From the NCBI GenBank assembly GCA_039030515.1, contig JBCCEA010000001.1, forward strand, positions 64,001-128,000: a stretch of DNA of 64,000 nt, given 5' to 3'. The DNA is from Myxococcota bacterium. GTDB taxonomy: Bacteria; Myxococcota_A; Polyangia; Polyangiales; Houyiibacteriaceae. Below are positions 26,950 to 37,934 of this stretch, one piece after another (positions within the stretch are counted from its first letter, which is position 1; each line of letters starts with the position of its first letter). The translations under genes and the position numbers were made by a program. Below the pieces are notes generated by a model. That model was not told the origin of the DNA, did no database searches, and saw only the letters and a list, made by a program, of their open reading frames with translations.

Positions 26950-27915
26950 GTGGGGAAGATCGCGTTTATTTTTCCAGGACAGGGAAGTCAGAAGGTTGGC
27001 ATGGGTGAGGCGCTTTCTGCTTCATCCGAGACAGCTCGTGACGTGTTCCGTGCGGCTGACCGCGTGCTGGGCGAACCGCTGTCCCAGCTCTGCTTTGCGG
27101 GACCGTCCGAAGAGCTGAATCTCACTGCCAATACACAGCCTGCGCTGCTGACGGTGTCGGTCGCACTGCTTCGAGTGCTGGGCGAGGATTGCGATATGGC
27201 TGCTGGACACAGCCTCGGGGAGTATTCGGCCCATGTGGCTGCGGGTACACTGGACTTTTCTGATGCTGTTTGGCTGTTGCGGAAACGTGGCGCGTACATG
27301 CAGGAAGCGGTTCCGGTCGGAGAAGGTGCCATGGCCGCGGTGCTCAAGGCAGAAGCGGCGCTCGTCGAGTCGATCTGTGCCCGGGTGGATGGAGTGGTCC
27401 AGCCAGCGAACTACAACTCCAAGGGTCAGGTCGTGATTTCGGGCCGTCGCAAGGCGGTGGATGCCGCCTCGAACCTGCTTCGGGCCGAGGGAGCGCGCAT
27501 CGTACCGCTCCCGGTGAGTGCTCCTTTTCATTCACAGCTTATGGAACCGGCAGAGCGACGTCTTGCGGTTGATCTCCAAGGCACCGAGTTTAGAGACCCC
27601 CGAATACCGGTCTACTGTAACGTCGATGCGGCCTCCGTGACTTCCGGGGATGCATCGCGCGACGCCCTACGCCTGCAGGTAAGTCGGCCGGTCCGCTGGG
27701 CAGAAACCGTTCAGCGGATGGTTCAAGATGGCGCCAGTCTGTTCGTGGAACTCGGTCCCGGGAAAGTGCTCGCCGGGCTCGTTCGACGAATCGTAAGCGA
27801 TGTTGAGTGCCTAAACGTAGAAACGCCTGAAGATATAGCGCCAGTGCGTGCACGAATTCGCGCAAAACGAGGTCTCGATCCTTCCCGCGCGGTTGACCGA
27901 GATGAAAAATACTGA
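26950..27915 (+). CDS. fabD: Malonyl-CoA-ACP transacylase
   Basis: FPGQGSQ, NTQPA, GHSLGEY, SAPFHS. Confidence 0.97.
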   Translation: MGKIAFIFPGQGSQKVGMGEALSASSETARDVFRAADRVLGEPLSQLCFAGPSEELNLTANTQPALLTVSVALLRVLGEDCDMAAGHSLGEYSAHVAAGTLDFSDAVWLLRKRGAYMQEAVPVGEGAMAAVLKAEAALVESICARVDGVVQPANYNSKGQVVISGRRKAVDAASNLLRAEGARIVPLPVSAPFHSQLMEPAERRLAVDLQGTEFRDPRIPVYCNVDAASVTSGDASRDALRLQVSRPVRWAETVQRMVQDGASLFVELGPGKVLAGLVRRIVSDVECLNVETPEDIAPVRARIRAKRGLDPSRAVDRDEKY

Positions 27916-27993
27916 CACATCCGGCCGCCAAAGGCGTCGTCTAGGCCTGCTTGAATAGGTTGAGACAGACCCCCGCGACCGAGGTCTTCCAAT

Positions 27994-30135
27994 ATGCTGG
28001 AACTATTGATATATTCTGCCCCCCTAGCGGGTATACTGGCGCTGCTTTTCGCATACATCAAAGCGGCTTGGGTTCGTCGGCAAGACGCCGGCACCGATGA
28101 AATGCAAGAAATCGCTGCGCGAATCCAAGAAGGCGCCATGGCGTTTTTGGGGCGAGAGTACCGAGTACTTGGAATCTTCGTCCTGGTCGTGGCTGCGCTG
28201 CTCGCTGTCGGCAATCTTCCCCTCGACGCAGAAGATCCGGGCGTGAAGCGGCTGATCGAGACCCAGGGCAATCGCTCCCCGTGGATCGCGGTTTCCTTCG
28301 TGGTCGGTGCCGTCTGTTCCGCCCTTGCGGGCTACTTTGGAATGCGGGTCGCGACCAACGCCAACGTACGCACTACCGCTGCCGCTCGAACGGGGCTGCC
28401 GCATGCCTTGGCGGTCGCGTTTAGTGGCGGCGCGGTCATGGGTATGAGTGTTGTCGGATTGGCGCTTGTCGGCCTCGGCGGGCTCTACGTGCTCCTTTCG
28501 ATCGTGCTGTTTCAAGCCGACCTGCGCACCACCCTCAATGTGCTGACCGGATTTTCGATGGGTGCTTCGTCCATCGCCCTTTTTGCTCGGGTAGGCGGCG
28601 GAATCTACACGAAGGCCGCAGATGTCGGTGCAGATCTTGTGGGCAAAGTCGAAAGCGGTCTGCCTGAGGACGATCCACGAAACCCTGCGGTTATCGCCGA
28701 CAATGTTGGTGACAACGTCGGCGATGTTGCGGGCATGGGCGCGGACCTGTTTGAGTCGTACGTCGGTGCGATCATCGGTGCCATGGTCTTAGGACTCGGA
28801 TTTACTGCGACTCGGTCTGCCGAGGTGGGTCCGGTCGTACTCCCCATGGTCATCGCGGCGGCTGGAATCATTTGCTCCATCGTCGGAACGTTCTTTGTGC
28901 GAACCAAAGAAGGCGGTAATCCACAGTTGGCGCTCGACATCGGCGCCTTCGGGGCTGCAGGCGTGATGGCGTTTGCCACCTTCGGGATCGCAAAGCTCAT
29001 GTGGCCAGAGGGCGGCACGACCAATGGAATCAGTACCGACGTCGTCACTTGGGTCGATGTTGGATTGTCGACGGTGGTTGGACTGGCCACTGGGGTACTG
29101 GTTGGTTTGATCACCTCCTACTACTGCTCGATGCAAAAGCCTCCAGTCGACAGCATCGCCGAACAGTCACGCACGGGAACCGCGACCAATATCATCGCCG
29201 GACTCGGGGTGGGTATGCAGTCGACCGCCGCACCGATCGTGGTGATCGCCATGGGGGTGGTTGCGGCCGCTCATTTTGCCGGTTTGTACGGGGTGGCCAT
29301 CGCAGCCCTCGGGATGCTTTCGACCACCGGCATTCAGCTGGCCGTCGACGCGTACGGTCCCATCGCGGACAACGCGGGTGGTATCGCGGAGATGAGTCAT
29401 CAGGACCCTGAGGTCCGTGAGCGAACCGACAAGCTCGACGCGGTGGGAAACACTACCGCCGCTATCGGTAAGGGCTTCGCTATCGGCTCTGCAGCCATGA
29501 CCGCGCTTGCGCTTTTTGGAGCGTTCATGCAGCAGGCGGGCATCACCGCCATCAATGTGAGCGAGCCTACGGTGATGGCGGGACTCTTCGTCGGTGGCAT
29601 GTTGCCGTTCCTTTTCTCTTCCATGGCGATGAAGGCGGTGGGTGAGGCTGCCATGGAGATGATCGAAGAGGTTCGCCGTCAGTTTCGTGAAATCGACGGA
29701 CTACTCGAGGGGCGCGCACGTCCTGATACCGCTCGATGCGTAGATATTTCAACGAGTGCGGCGATCAAGCGGATGATGCTGCCAGGAGCGTTGGCGATTC
29801 TCACCCCGGTGGTCATCGGTTTTGCGATGGGACCGGAAGCCCTCGGTGGTCTGCTTGCGGGAACACTCGTGTCCGGAGTCTTGATGGCTATTTTCATGTC
29901 CAATGCGGGAGGTGCATGGGACAACGCGAAGAAGTCCTTTGAGGGTGGTGGCTACACGATGAAAGACGGCTCGGTCCATCCTAAGGGCTCCGAAGCTCAC
30001 AACGCCGCAGTTGTTGGGGACACCGTGGGAGATCCGTTCAAGGATACCGCAGGGCCCTCGCTCAACATCCTGGTGAAGCTGATGAGCGTGGTCGCGCTCG
30101 TAATCGCACCGCTTCTTCGAGATATCTTCAGCTAG
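27994..30135 (+). CDS. hppA: Membrane-bound pyrophosphatase, K+-dependent, probably Na+-pumping
   Basis: [49 protein letters not shown]. Confidence 0.96.
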   Translation: MLELLIYSAPLAGILALLFAYIKAAWVRRQDAGTDEMQEIAARIQEGAMAFLGREYRVLGIFVLVVAALLAVGNLPLDAEDPGVKRLIETQGNRSPWIAVSFVVGAVCSALAGYFGMRVATNANVRTTAAARTGLPHALAVAFSGGAVMGMSVVGLALVGLGGLYVLLSIVLFQADLRTTLNVLTGFSMGASSIALFARVGGGIYTKAADVGADLVGKVESGLPEDDPRNPAVIADNVGDNVGDVAGMGADLFESYVGAIIGAMVLGLGFTATRSAEVGPVVLPMVIAAAGIICSIVGTFFVRTKEGGNPQLALDIGAFGAAGVMAFATFGIAKLMWPEGGTTNGISTDVVTWVDVGLSTVVGLATGVLVGLITSYYCSMQKPPVDSIAEQSRTGTATNIIAGLGVGMQSTAAPIVVIAMGVVAAAHFAGLYGVAIAALGMLSTTGIQLAVDAYGPIADNAGGIAEMSHQDPEVRERTDKLDAVGNTTAAIGKGFAIGSAAMTALALFGAFMQQAGITAINVSEPTVMAGLFVGGMLPFLFSSMAMKAVGEAAMEMIEEVRRQFREIDGLLEGRARPDTARCVDISTSAAIKRMMLPGALAILTPVVIGFAMGPEALGGLLAGTLVSGVLMAIFMSNAGGAWDNAKKSFEGGGYTMKDGSVHPKGSEAHNAAVVGDTVGDPFKDTAGPSLNILVKLMSVVALVIAPLLRDIFS

Positions 30136-30209
30136 TTCCTGCGCCGCCGAGTTCGTCAGGCTCAGCCCAGTTCTCTATCAGGCGCAACTCGCCTAAGTAT
30201 TCATCTGGC

Positions 30210-30238
30210 CCGATGAGGGTGGTTTTCGCCCTCATCGG
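30210..30238. terminator. Hairpin between convergent genes, putative terminator
   Basis: CCGATGAGGGTG-GTTTT-CGCCCTCATCGG. Confidence 0.65.
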
Positions 30239-30306
30239 TTAAAGCTCCCCATTGGTTAAGCTAAGCCCCTCTCGCGTAGCACCAGATCGGTCTTCATCTA
30301 GAAGAT

Positions 30307-30939
30307 CTACAGGCCGCGAAGAAAAGGATTGCGAGCTCGCTCGTCACCTACGGTTGTGGGAAGTCCGTGTCCGGTAATGATCTCAGTATCGTCTTCCAGA
30401 GTGAGAATGCGCCGGCGAATCGATTTCAAGATTTGCTCTGAGTCGCCGCGCCAAAGGTCTGTTCGTCCAACGCTGCCCCGAAAAAGCGTGTCTCCCGCGA
30501 TGAGCACCTTACCGAAATGAAAGCAAAGGCTGCCGGGTGTATGACCGGGCGTATGGAGCACGGCGGCCTCAATCTGACCTGCATGCACCGTCTCCTCATC
30601 GTTTAGAAATCGATCGATATCCGCAGTTTGCGGTGCTCGAAACGGTACGCCAAACGTATCGAGCTGCATTTGAAGGCCCTCGTAGAGAAAGAGATCGTCC
30701 TCGTGCAGTGCGGTCGTCGCATTCGTGGCCTCCTGCAGTTCTTTGGTTGCACCCACGTGATCGAAGTGGGTATGCGTGTGCAGGATTGCGGTGCATCGGA
30801 GGCCGTGATGTTTTAGCCGTCGGATGATTTTCGTGGCCTCGCCCCCCGGATCGACCACCAAGGCTTCTTTGGTTTCCTCATCTCCAACGATGACGCAGTT
30901 GCAGCCCAAAGGACCGACCGGGAAATGCTCGATGATCAT
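30307..30939 (-). CDS. MBL-fold metallo-hydrolase (glyoxalase II/YcbL-like)
   Basis: VGPLGCNC, HTHTHFDHVG, TPGHTPG, GDTLF, GRTDL, GHG. Confidence 0.93.
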   Translation of the reverse strand: MIIEHFPVGPLGCNCVIVGDEETKEALVVDPGGEATKIIRRLKHHGLRCTAILHTHTHFDHVGATKELQEATNATTALHEDDLFLYEGLQMQLDTFGVPFRAPQTADIDRFLNDEETVHAGQIEAAVLHTPGHTPGSLCFHFGKVLIAGDTLFRGSVGRTDLWRGDSEQILKSIRRRILTLEDDTEIITGHGLPTTVGDERARNPFLRGL

Positions 30940-31004
30940 GACGCGACCATAACGCACCGGAGCTCCGCTCGCTTGCCCGGAAGAGCTGGGTCTCAGCCTG
31001 TCGT

Positions 31005-31493
31005 CTAGGGTGCGGAGTTCGAGGGATCTTTTTTCTCGATGCAGCTGGAACAATAACCGTACAGCTCGTGCGTATGTCGAACGAGTTCAAAACCATGGGT
31101 TTTGGCCAGTTGCTCTTGCAGCCGCTCGATCTCTGCGTCCTCAAACTCCAAGATCAGACCACATTTCAGACAGATCAAGTGATCGTGATGCTCGTTTTCA
31201 TGGGCGACCTCATAGCGCGATACTCCTCCGCCAAAGTTCCGTTCATAGGCGAGACCTGACTCCTTTAGGAGCTTTAGGGTTCGGTACACCGTTGCGTAGC
31301 CGACTTTTGGGTCTTCCTTTCGAACCTCTGCCAGCAGATCCTCGATCGAAAGATGTTCCTTGCTCCGAAAAAACACTTCCGTGACCAAACGTCGCTGTGC
31401 GGTGGAACGAAGCCCTTTTCTCTCCATATAGGTCGTGAGGCGATCTCGCAGATCCGAAATTATCGAGGATTGGGTTTGAGTTTGATTCGCCAT
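31005..31493 (-). CDS. fur: Fur family transcriptional regulator
   Basis: GLRSTAQR, ATVYRTLKLL, HHDHLICLKCG, YGYCSSC. Confidence 0.93.
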   Translation of the reverse strand: MANQTQTQSSIISDLRDRLTTYMERKGLRSTAQRRLVTEVFFRSKEHLSIEDLLAEVRKEDPKVGYATVYRTLKLLKESGLAYERNFGGGVSRYEVAHENEHHDHLICLKCGLILEFEDAEIERLQEQLAKTHGFELVRHTHELYGYCSSCIEKKDPSNSAP

Positions 31494-31531
31494 GGAACGA
31501 CTCGCCCTCTGGGTAAGTCACATCGGTTCCG

Positions 31532-33223
31532 ATGTCCACCCCTTCGGCGATTTGCCATGAGGTCCATTCTGTGTGGCCCGTAGCGCGCATGGGGTTTGGG
31601 GAGAAGATAATGTTTTGGGGGGTACCCCTTTCGGTCGCCCTCGTGTTTCTCTTCGTATTGGGTTCTGAAGGAGGAGGACCGAATGAGGATCTGCAGGTCT
31701 GTAGTGATCGCCGCGTGCGACCAGGTCGTCCCATGGCCGTGCGCTCCTTTTTGTTCGAGAAGCTCGGAACGCCGTTGGGCCCCGAGCTACGTACCGCTCC
31801 AGCGACTGCTCAGATGGTTTGTGGAGGCGCTGCCGTCGCAAATGCCTTTTTGAGTCCATCACTGCTGCCCGGCATGGAAGGGCAACTGATGATCCCAAAT
31901 CACGTGGAGGGCGACTGTGAACTTTGGTTGAGCGCCACACTCAGAGACGGTCGAGATACCCGTGTGGTTCGCTCTCTTCAGGTCGCTCTGGGCGCGGAAG
32001 CTCCTGCACTCAAAACGCGTCCGCTCGCCTTGGTGCATCAGCTCCATCACGGCTTGATCGAGCCGCCGAATACCGTCCACAATCCTGGCCTAGGTACTGC
32101 CGCTCGAGAGGATCTCCGTCCTCCAGAGCGTCTAGAGGTGCGTATTGTTGGCGGAGCCTGCGTACCCGAACAGCGCTGCGACGTACTGGTGCTCGTCGAA
32201 GGAGATGGCTTCTCACCGTCCATTGTGCCGAGTCCCTCCGTTTCGATCGTATCGCTCACCCAAAGCGCAGCGGCTCCGCAGTCAGAGACAAACTCGGCGT
32301 CGATGATCCGTGCTGTTCTGACGACCCACGGTCCAGAAGCGGTGACCAAGATCGAAGCGCTTAGATCCTCTAACTCGTCTAGGTTGGAGCCCGAGGGAAC
32401 TCCGAGCTCGGCAGTGGCTTTGTCGACCCAACGCTGGTCTCGGAGCGTGCAGCTCTCGGTCGTTCTTGCAGCTCGTGCGGTGACGGTGCCTGCGGTGTTG
32501 ATGATCGACACGGAGCCCCTAAGCGTACAAGTATCTGGAATGCGCCATTCAGCTGTGCTTCTTGACCTGTTTGAGGACGGCAGATTTTGGCGAAGTTCTC
32601 GTAGTTTCGCCCTCGCCTCAGAGGGTCCCTCCAAATTGCTCTGGCCGTCGACCGACCCACTTCCTATCGGTCTTGTGCGACTTCAGGTACGCACCGATCC
32701 GTACTCTGCTGAACACGCGGGTGTGCGGCTCTTTTGGAGGCATGCGGCAGCGGATTCAAAAAGCGAGTCGCTCGATCGCTTGGTGGATGTCCTGCAAGAT
32801 CGAGATCTGTCCGAGCCCGATGCGGCCCTTGTCCACTGGTTTCAGCAGGAGCGCACGGCACCTTTTTCGGAAGATTGGATGGCCGCCTGGCTGCTCTCAC
32901 CCCTGGAGTCGCATCTTGTGGCTCAGCCGTTATTTGTGAGCGGAGCTGCTCAAGGTCGAGATGGCGGTGAGGCGGCGCGCATGAGCAGAAGGACCGTTGG
33001 TGGAGGGCTCATCCTCCTTGGAGGCTTGATCTTGGCTGGCACGGTGCTCAGACGAGGGTTTGCTGCAGAACGTCGGGCAAGGCAGTTGATGCGAGCCGTC
33101 GATGTCCAGTCTGCCCGTGGTGCTCTGAATCGGAGCCCGGCGTCGGTGATCTTGGTCGCTTTGCTGGTCTTCGGTGCGTTTGCTGCCGCCGCCCTCCTGT
33201 TAAATTCCCGTAGTCTATGGTGA
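31532..33223 (+). CDS. Hypothetical membrane protein with a large extracytoplasmic region
   Basis: 563-aa ORF with an N-terminal TM/signal and two C-terminal TM helices. Confidence 0.7.
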   Translation: MSTPSAICHEVHSVWPVARMGFGEKIMFWGVPLSVALVFLFVLGSEGGGPNEDLQVCSDRRVRPGRPMAVRSFLFEKLGTPLGPELRTAPATAQMVCGGAAVANAFLSPSLLPGMEGQLMIPNHVEGDCELWLSATLRDGRDTRVVRSLQVALGAEAPALKTRPLALVHQLHHGLIEPPNTVHNPGLGTAAREDLRPPERLEVRIVGGACVPEQRCDVLVLVEGDGFSPSIVPSPSVSIVSLTQSAAAPQSETNSASMIRAVLTTHGPEAVTKIEALRSSNSSRLEPEGTPSSAVALSTQRWSRSVQLSVVLAARAVTVPAVLMIDTEPLSVQVSGMRHSAVLLDLFEDGRFWRSSRSFALASEGPSKLLWPSTDPLPIGLVRLQVRTDPYSAEHAGVRLFWRHAAADSKSESLDRLVDVLQDRDLSEPDAALVHWFQQERTAPFSEDWMAAWLLSPLESHLVAQPLFVSGAAQGRDGGEAARMSRRTVGGGLILLGGLILAGTVLRRGFAAERRARQLMRAVDVQSARGALNRSPASVILVALLVFGAFAAAALLLNSRSLW

Positions 33224-33376
33224 AATATCGTATTGTCAGATATTCGGCGTCGGATGCGTCCCAGTGCCCTTGGGGTTCCCGTTGCGCATGTCTCGACGAG
33301 AGCTTAAGTTGCCGCCGCTCTTGCGTCCTCGGGCTCTGTGCGAGGGTCAGAGCTTTGTTTTGATGGAGACGCAAGC

Positions 33377-36300
33377 GTGTTGCAATGGGCGATTAAGAAG
33401 GTTTTCGGTACCAAACACGAGCGTGAAGTAAAAAAGCTTCATGTTCATGTGGACGCGATCAACGGCCTGGAAGCGAGTGTCCGACAGCTCGATGACCACG
33501 CCCTAAAAGCCAAGACCGAGGAGTTTCGTGGGCGGATAGACCGGGGTGAATCTCTTGATTCGCTGATGGTGGAAGCGTTTGCTGTCGTTCGTGAGGCGGG
33601 CGTGCGTGCGCTCGGCATGCGGCATTACGACGTTCAGCTCATCGGTGGGATGGTCTTACACCAGGGCAAGATTGCGGAGATGAAGACCGGTGAAGGCAAA
33701 ACGCTGGTCGCCACGCTTCCTTGTTACCTTAACGCGCTTTCTGGCAAAGGCGTTCATGTTGTCACCGTCAATGACTATTTGGCCTCTCGAGATGCTGAGT
33801 GGATGGGGAAACTGCATCGATTCTTGGGTCTAGAAGTTGGCTGTATTCATCCTCGCCAAAACGGGGTCGATAAGAAGCGGGCCTACCAAGCGGATATCAC
33901 CTACGGCCAAAATAACGAGTTTGGCTTTGACTATCTTCGCGACAACATGAAGTTCAGCATTCACGACTACGTTCAGCGTGATTTGAACTACGCGATCGTC
34001 GATGAGGTCGATTCGATCCTGGTGGATGAGGCAAGAACTCCACTCATCATCAGTGGCCCGGGAGAGACCGCCAGCGATAAGTATCTACGCATCAATGAGG
34101 TGATCCCTCGTCTTAGAAAGGACGAGCACTACGTTGTCGATGAAAAAGCTCGCTCGGTTACTCTGACCGAGGATGGAATCGAATCATCCCAGAGGCTGCT
34201 TTTAGAACGCGAGATTACCGAGGTTGAGAACCTTTACGAACCTTCGAATCTACAAAATCTCCATATTTTGCAGCAGTGTTTGCGAGCCCATACGCTTTAT
34301 CGACGTGACGAAAAGTATATGGTTACCACAGACGGTAAAGTGCATATTATCGATGATTTCACAGGGCGTGTGCTGCCCGGTCGCAGGTGGTCTGACGGAC
34401 TCCATCAGGCGGTAGAGGCCAAGGAGCGCGTCGTGATTCAGGACGAGAACATTACCCTCGCGACGATTTCCTTTCAGAATCTTTTTCGCCTCTACGACAA
34501 GCTCTCCGGCATGACCGGCACTGCGGATACCGAAGCCACCGAGTTTCATAAGACCTACTCCCTCGATGTCGTGGTGATTCCGACCAATCGTCCGGTGGTT
34601 CGTCTCGATCACGAAGACCTTGTCTACCGCAGTGAACGCGAGAAGTTTCACGCGGTGGCCCGTGAAATTCGGGAAGCGCACGAAAGGGGTCAGCCCGTAC
34701 TGGTCGGCACCACCAGTGTCGAGAAGTCCGATGCCCTCGACCGATTGCTTACCAAGGAGGGGATTTCTCACTACGTGCTCAATGCCAAGCAGCACGAGCG
34801 GGAAGCGTACATCGTAGCTCAAGCGGGCCGTCGGGGTGCCGTGACTGTGGCGACCAATATGGCAGGGCGCGGGACGGATATCGTTTTGGGGGGCAATCCA
34901 GAAATGTTGTCTCGAATGGAGGTTTTAGAGACAGCAGAGGAAAGTGTCCTTTCCGATCCCGCGGCCCTGAGCGCAGCCATCGCGGAGATCACGCCCCGCT
35001 ACAAGGAAGAGTGTGATCGAGAAAGAGAAGCGATCAAAGAGTTGGGTGGGCTCCATATCTTGGGCACGGAGCGCCATGAGTCCCGCCGCATCGACAATCA
35101 GTTGCGAGGCCGGAGTGGTCGACAAGGCGATCCCGGATCTTCCCGATTCTACCTATCGCTAGAAGACGACCTGATGCGTATTTTTGCGGGCGAGCGGGTT
35201 CAAACCATGATGGACAGATTGGGAATGGAAGAAGACATTCCCATCGAGCACAAGTGGGTGACAAGGGCGGTTGAAGGTGCTCAAAAGAAGGTCGAAGAAC
35301 GAAACTTCGACGTCCGTAAAAACCTTCTTGAATACGATGACGTCATGAACCAGCAGCGCAAAAGTATTTATGCGCTGCGAAAGCAGGTTCTTCGTGGAGA
35401 GTACAGGACCGTTCCGACAGAAGAAGAGCAGAGCCAGGGGAAACGCCCGGAGTCCATCATCAAAGAAGTCAGCGAAGATCTCACGAAGCGCGCACAACCC
35501 ATTCTCAAGCAGATGGTCCAGATTCACGGTACCCCGCTGCTCGAGAAGGGAGCCACCGACGAAGAGATTGAGCAGCAGCGTCAGGTAGCGCTTTCGTCTT
35601 CCATTGAGACGCTTGACAAGGTTCGTTTTCGACTCTGTGAGAAAGACGTGTACCGCTGGTTTGGATGTGTGACGCAGCTCGAGCACCTTGCCGACGATCC
35701 TGCCGCGCTTCTATCTCACTTGGAGCAGGAAGTCGGTCGGTCCCTGACGGAACAGCAGGAACGACTTTTTGACATGGTCGATGAAATCGTGGGGACGATG
35801 GTGGAGCATGCCTGTCCCCCGAACAAGCAGCCAGAAGACTGGGACTTGGAAGGGCTGGCTAAGGCCTACCGTGGTCAGTTTGGAATTCTGCCGACCGGTA
35901 TCGAATCGATAGGTGGCATTCAGGAGCTCGCTACCAAGCTTTACGAGGACGCGGAGGCCGTACTCAAGAAGAAGGAGTCTGAGTTTGGGGCGGAGTACTT
36001 TCTCCGTCTTTTTCGAAACCTTTATCTGCAGGAAATCGATCAGCGCTGGACTCAGCACCTGCAGGATATGGATGGGCTGCGTGACGGAATTGGGCTCCGA
36101 GGTTACGGGCAGCGGGATCCGAAAAAAGAATACAAGCGAGAGGGCTTCGACATGTTTAAGGCGATGTCCCAGGGCATCAAGTCGCAGGTTGCCTCCAATA
36201 TGTTCCGCTTAGAGCGAGCGAGCGATGAGGACGTCCAGCGAATTGAGAACCAGCGCAAAAAGGCATCAGAGGCTCGTCAGCGTCACATGCAGGTGGCCCA

Positions 36301-36586
36301 CTCGAGCGCCGGTCCCCAGGACGCCGGGCCCGTGGGCACGGCGAGTCGCCAGCAGCGGGCTGCAGCGATAGCGGCTCGAGCCACGGTTCGCGGAAGCCAC
36401 GCTACGGATCGCGTGGAGCCATCGATCCAGTCGCCGGCTCAATCGCAGACCCGTCAAAAGCCAGATACGGTGCGTCGAGTGCGCCCGAAGCTCGGACGCA
36501 ACGATCCCTGTTGGTGTGGCTCTGGTAAGAAGTATAAGAAATGCCACTGGGCGCAAGACCACAGTGCCTCTTCTGTGAACCCTTGA
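33377..36586 (+). CDS. secA: Preprotein translocase ATPase SecA
   Basis: [45 protein letters not shown]-terminal SEC-C motif [21 protein letters not shown] at 33377 has GGAG upstream. Confidence 0.98.
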   Translation: MLQWAIKKVFGTKHEREVKKLHVHVDAINGLEASVRQLDDHALKAKTEEFRGRIDRGESLDSLMVEAFAVVREAGVRALGMRHYDVQLIGGMVLHQGKIAEMKTGEGKTLVATLPCYLNALSGKGVHVVTVNDYLASRDAEWMGKLHRFLGLEVGCIHPRQNGVDKKRAYQADITYGQNNEFGFDYLRDNMKFSIHDYVQRDLNYAIVDEVDSILVDEARTPLIISGPGETASDKYLRINEVIPRLRKDEHYVVDEKARSVTLTEDGIESSQRLLLEREITEVENLYEPSNLQNLHILQQCLRAHTLYRRDEKYMVTTDGKVHIIDDFTGRVLPGRRWSDGLHQAVEAKERVVIQDENITLATISFQNLFRLYDKLSGMTGTADTEATEFHKTYSLDVVVIPTNRPVVRLDHEDLVYRSEREKFHAVAREIREAHERGQPVLVGTTSVEKSDALDRLLTKEGISHYVLNAKQHEREAYIVAQAGRRGAVTVATNMAGRGTDIVLGGNPEMLSRMEVLETAEESVLSDPAALSAAIAEITPRYKEECDREREAIKELGGLHILGTERHESRRIDNQLRGRSGRQGDPGSSRFYLSLEDDLMRIFAGERVQTMMDRLGMEEDIPIEHKWVTRAVEGAQKKVEERNFDVRKNLLEYDDVMNQQRKSIYALRKQVLRGEYRTVPTEEEQSQGKRPESIIKEVSEDLTKRAQPILKQMVQIHGTPLLEKGATDEEIEQQRQVALSSSIETLDKVRFRLCEKDVYRWFGCVTQLEHLADDPAALLSHLEQEVGRSLTEQQERLFDMVDEIVGTMVEHACPPNKQPEDWDLEGLAKAYRGQFGILPTGIESIGGIQELATKLYEDAEAVLKKKESEFGAEYFLRLFRNLYLQEIDQRWTQHLQDMDGLRDGIGLRGYGQRDPKKEYKREGFDMFKAMSQGIKSQVASNMFRLERASDEDVQRIENQRKKASEARQRHMQVAHSSAGPQDAGPVGTASRQQRAAAIAARATVRGSHATDRVEPSIQSPAQSQTRQKPDTVRRVRPKLGRNDPCWCGSGKKYKKCHWAQDHSASSVNP

Positions 36587-36676
36587 TCGCGTTTAAGCCT
36601 CTTTCCAGGATAGCCCCATCGGCTTGAAGTCCCGGTTGGAATTGAAGTTTAGGTTGGGGACGAGTGAGGTGTGTGA

Positions 36677-37906
36677 GTGGACCAGCACAAGTCGATAGGT
36701 GTCGAAGCGAGCGAGCACGTCCAGCTTTTGCGAGTTCCGGGGTTTTTATTTTCGGGCGTTGCATGCGGCATCAAAAGCGAGAACCGACGTGATCTTGCGC
36801 TCGTCCATGCAGAGGGAGGGTGCAACGCTGCCGGGGTATTTACGACCAACCGAGTCAAAGCAGCTCCCGTTTTATTGGCTCAAGAACGTATCGGTCTGGG
36901 GCCGATTTCCTGTGTTGTGGTCAACAGCGGCAACGCGAACGCCTGCACGGGAATGCCCGGTTACGATGCCGCAGTCGCAACAACTCAATTGGTTGCAGCG
37001 CGTCTTGGAGTCGAGGCGCAGCAAGTCCTGCCCGCATCGACCGGGGTGATCGGAGTACCGTTGCCGCTCGCCGCCATCGAGCGCGGGGTGGGTCCACTTG
37101 TCGATTCGCTTGAGCCGGAAGTTGGCGCGTTTGCTGAGTCCATCCTAACTACCGATCGGTGCACCAAGATCGCTTCGACCTCACTCATCCTCGATGGAAA
37201 GCGAGCGAGTATCTTAGCGGTGGCCAAAGGCGCGGGCATGATTCACCCAAACATGGCGACAACCCTTGGCTTTGTCATGACCGATGCAGTCATTTCGAGA
37301 CCAATGCTTCGGCGTGTTCTGCTTCGAGCTGCGGCCGATACGTTCAACCGTATCAGCGTGGACGGAGATACTAGTACAAACGATGCAATTTTCTTAATGG
37401 CATCCGGTGCGCTAGAAAACCATCCAATTCCCGCCAGCAGTCCGGAAGAACATCGTCTGCTCGACTCGGTGACTTGTGTACTCGAGCAGGTGGCTAAAAT
37501 GATCGTGCAGGACGGTGAGGGCGCGGAGCATTTGATTCGGGTGCAGGTCAATGGTGCACCGTCCGAGGAGGCCGGGGTACGGGTGGCGCGCACGGTCGCG
37601 ACGTCGTCGCTTGTGAAAACGGCTCTCTTTGGCAAAGATCCCAACTGGGGGCGCGTTCTTGCCGCGATGGGACGAAGTGGAGTTGATTTTGACCCGGAAA
37701 AGGTCGAGATCTGGATCGGAGACGTTGCGGTCTACCGTTTTGGGGTTTCCATGAATGAATCGGCCGAGAAGGAGGCCTCTGCGGCGATGCACCAGGAACA
37801 GTACACCCTTGAAATTCGGCTCCACTCAGGATCACATGATGCTTGGTACTGGACCTGCGACCTTGGTCATAGCTACGTATCTATCAACGCGAACTACCGC
37901 AGCTGA
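36677..37906 (+). CDS. argJ: Ornithine acetyltransferase ArgJ
   Basis: NSGNANACTG, STGVIG, KGAGMIHPNMATTL, DGDTSTND, DGEGA, DPNWGR. Confidence 0.97.
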   Translation: MDQHKSIGVEASEHVQLLRVPGFLFSGVACGIKSENRRDLALVHAEGGCNAAGVFTTNRVKAAPVLLAQERIGLGPISCVVVNSGNANACTGMPGYDAAVATTQLVAARLGVEAQQVLPASTGVIGVPLPLAAIERGVGPLVDSLEPEVGAFAESILTTDRCTKIASTSLILDGKRASILAVAKGAGMIHPNMATTLGFVMTDAVISRPMLRRVLLRAAADTFNRISVDGDTSTNDAIFLMASGALENHPIPASSPEEHRLLDSVTCVLEQVAKMIVQDGEGAEHLIRVQVNGAPSEEAGVRVARTVATSSLVKTALFGKDPNWGRVLAAMGRSGVDFDPEKVEIWIGDVAVYRFGVSMNESAEKEASAAMHQEQYTLEIRLHSGSHDAWYWTCDLGHSYVSINANYRS

Positions 37907-37934
37907 TCGGCGCCGCCTCTCGAGAGGTATCCGA

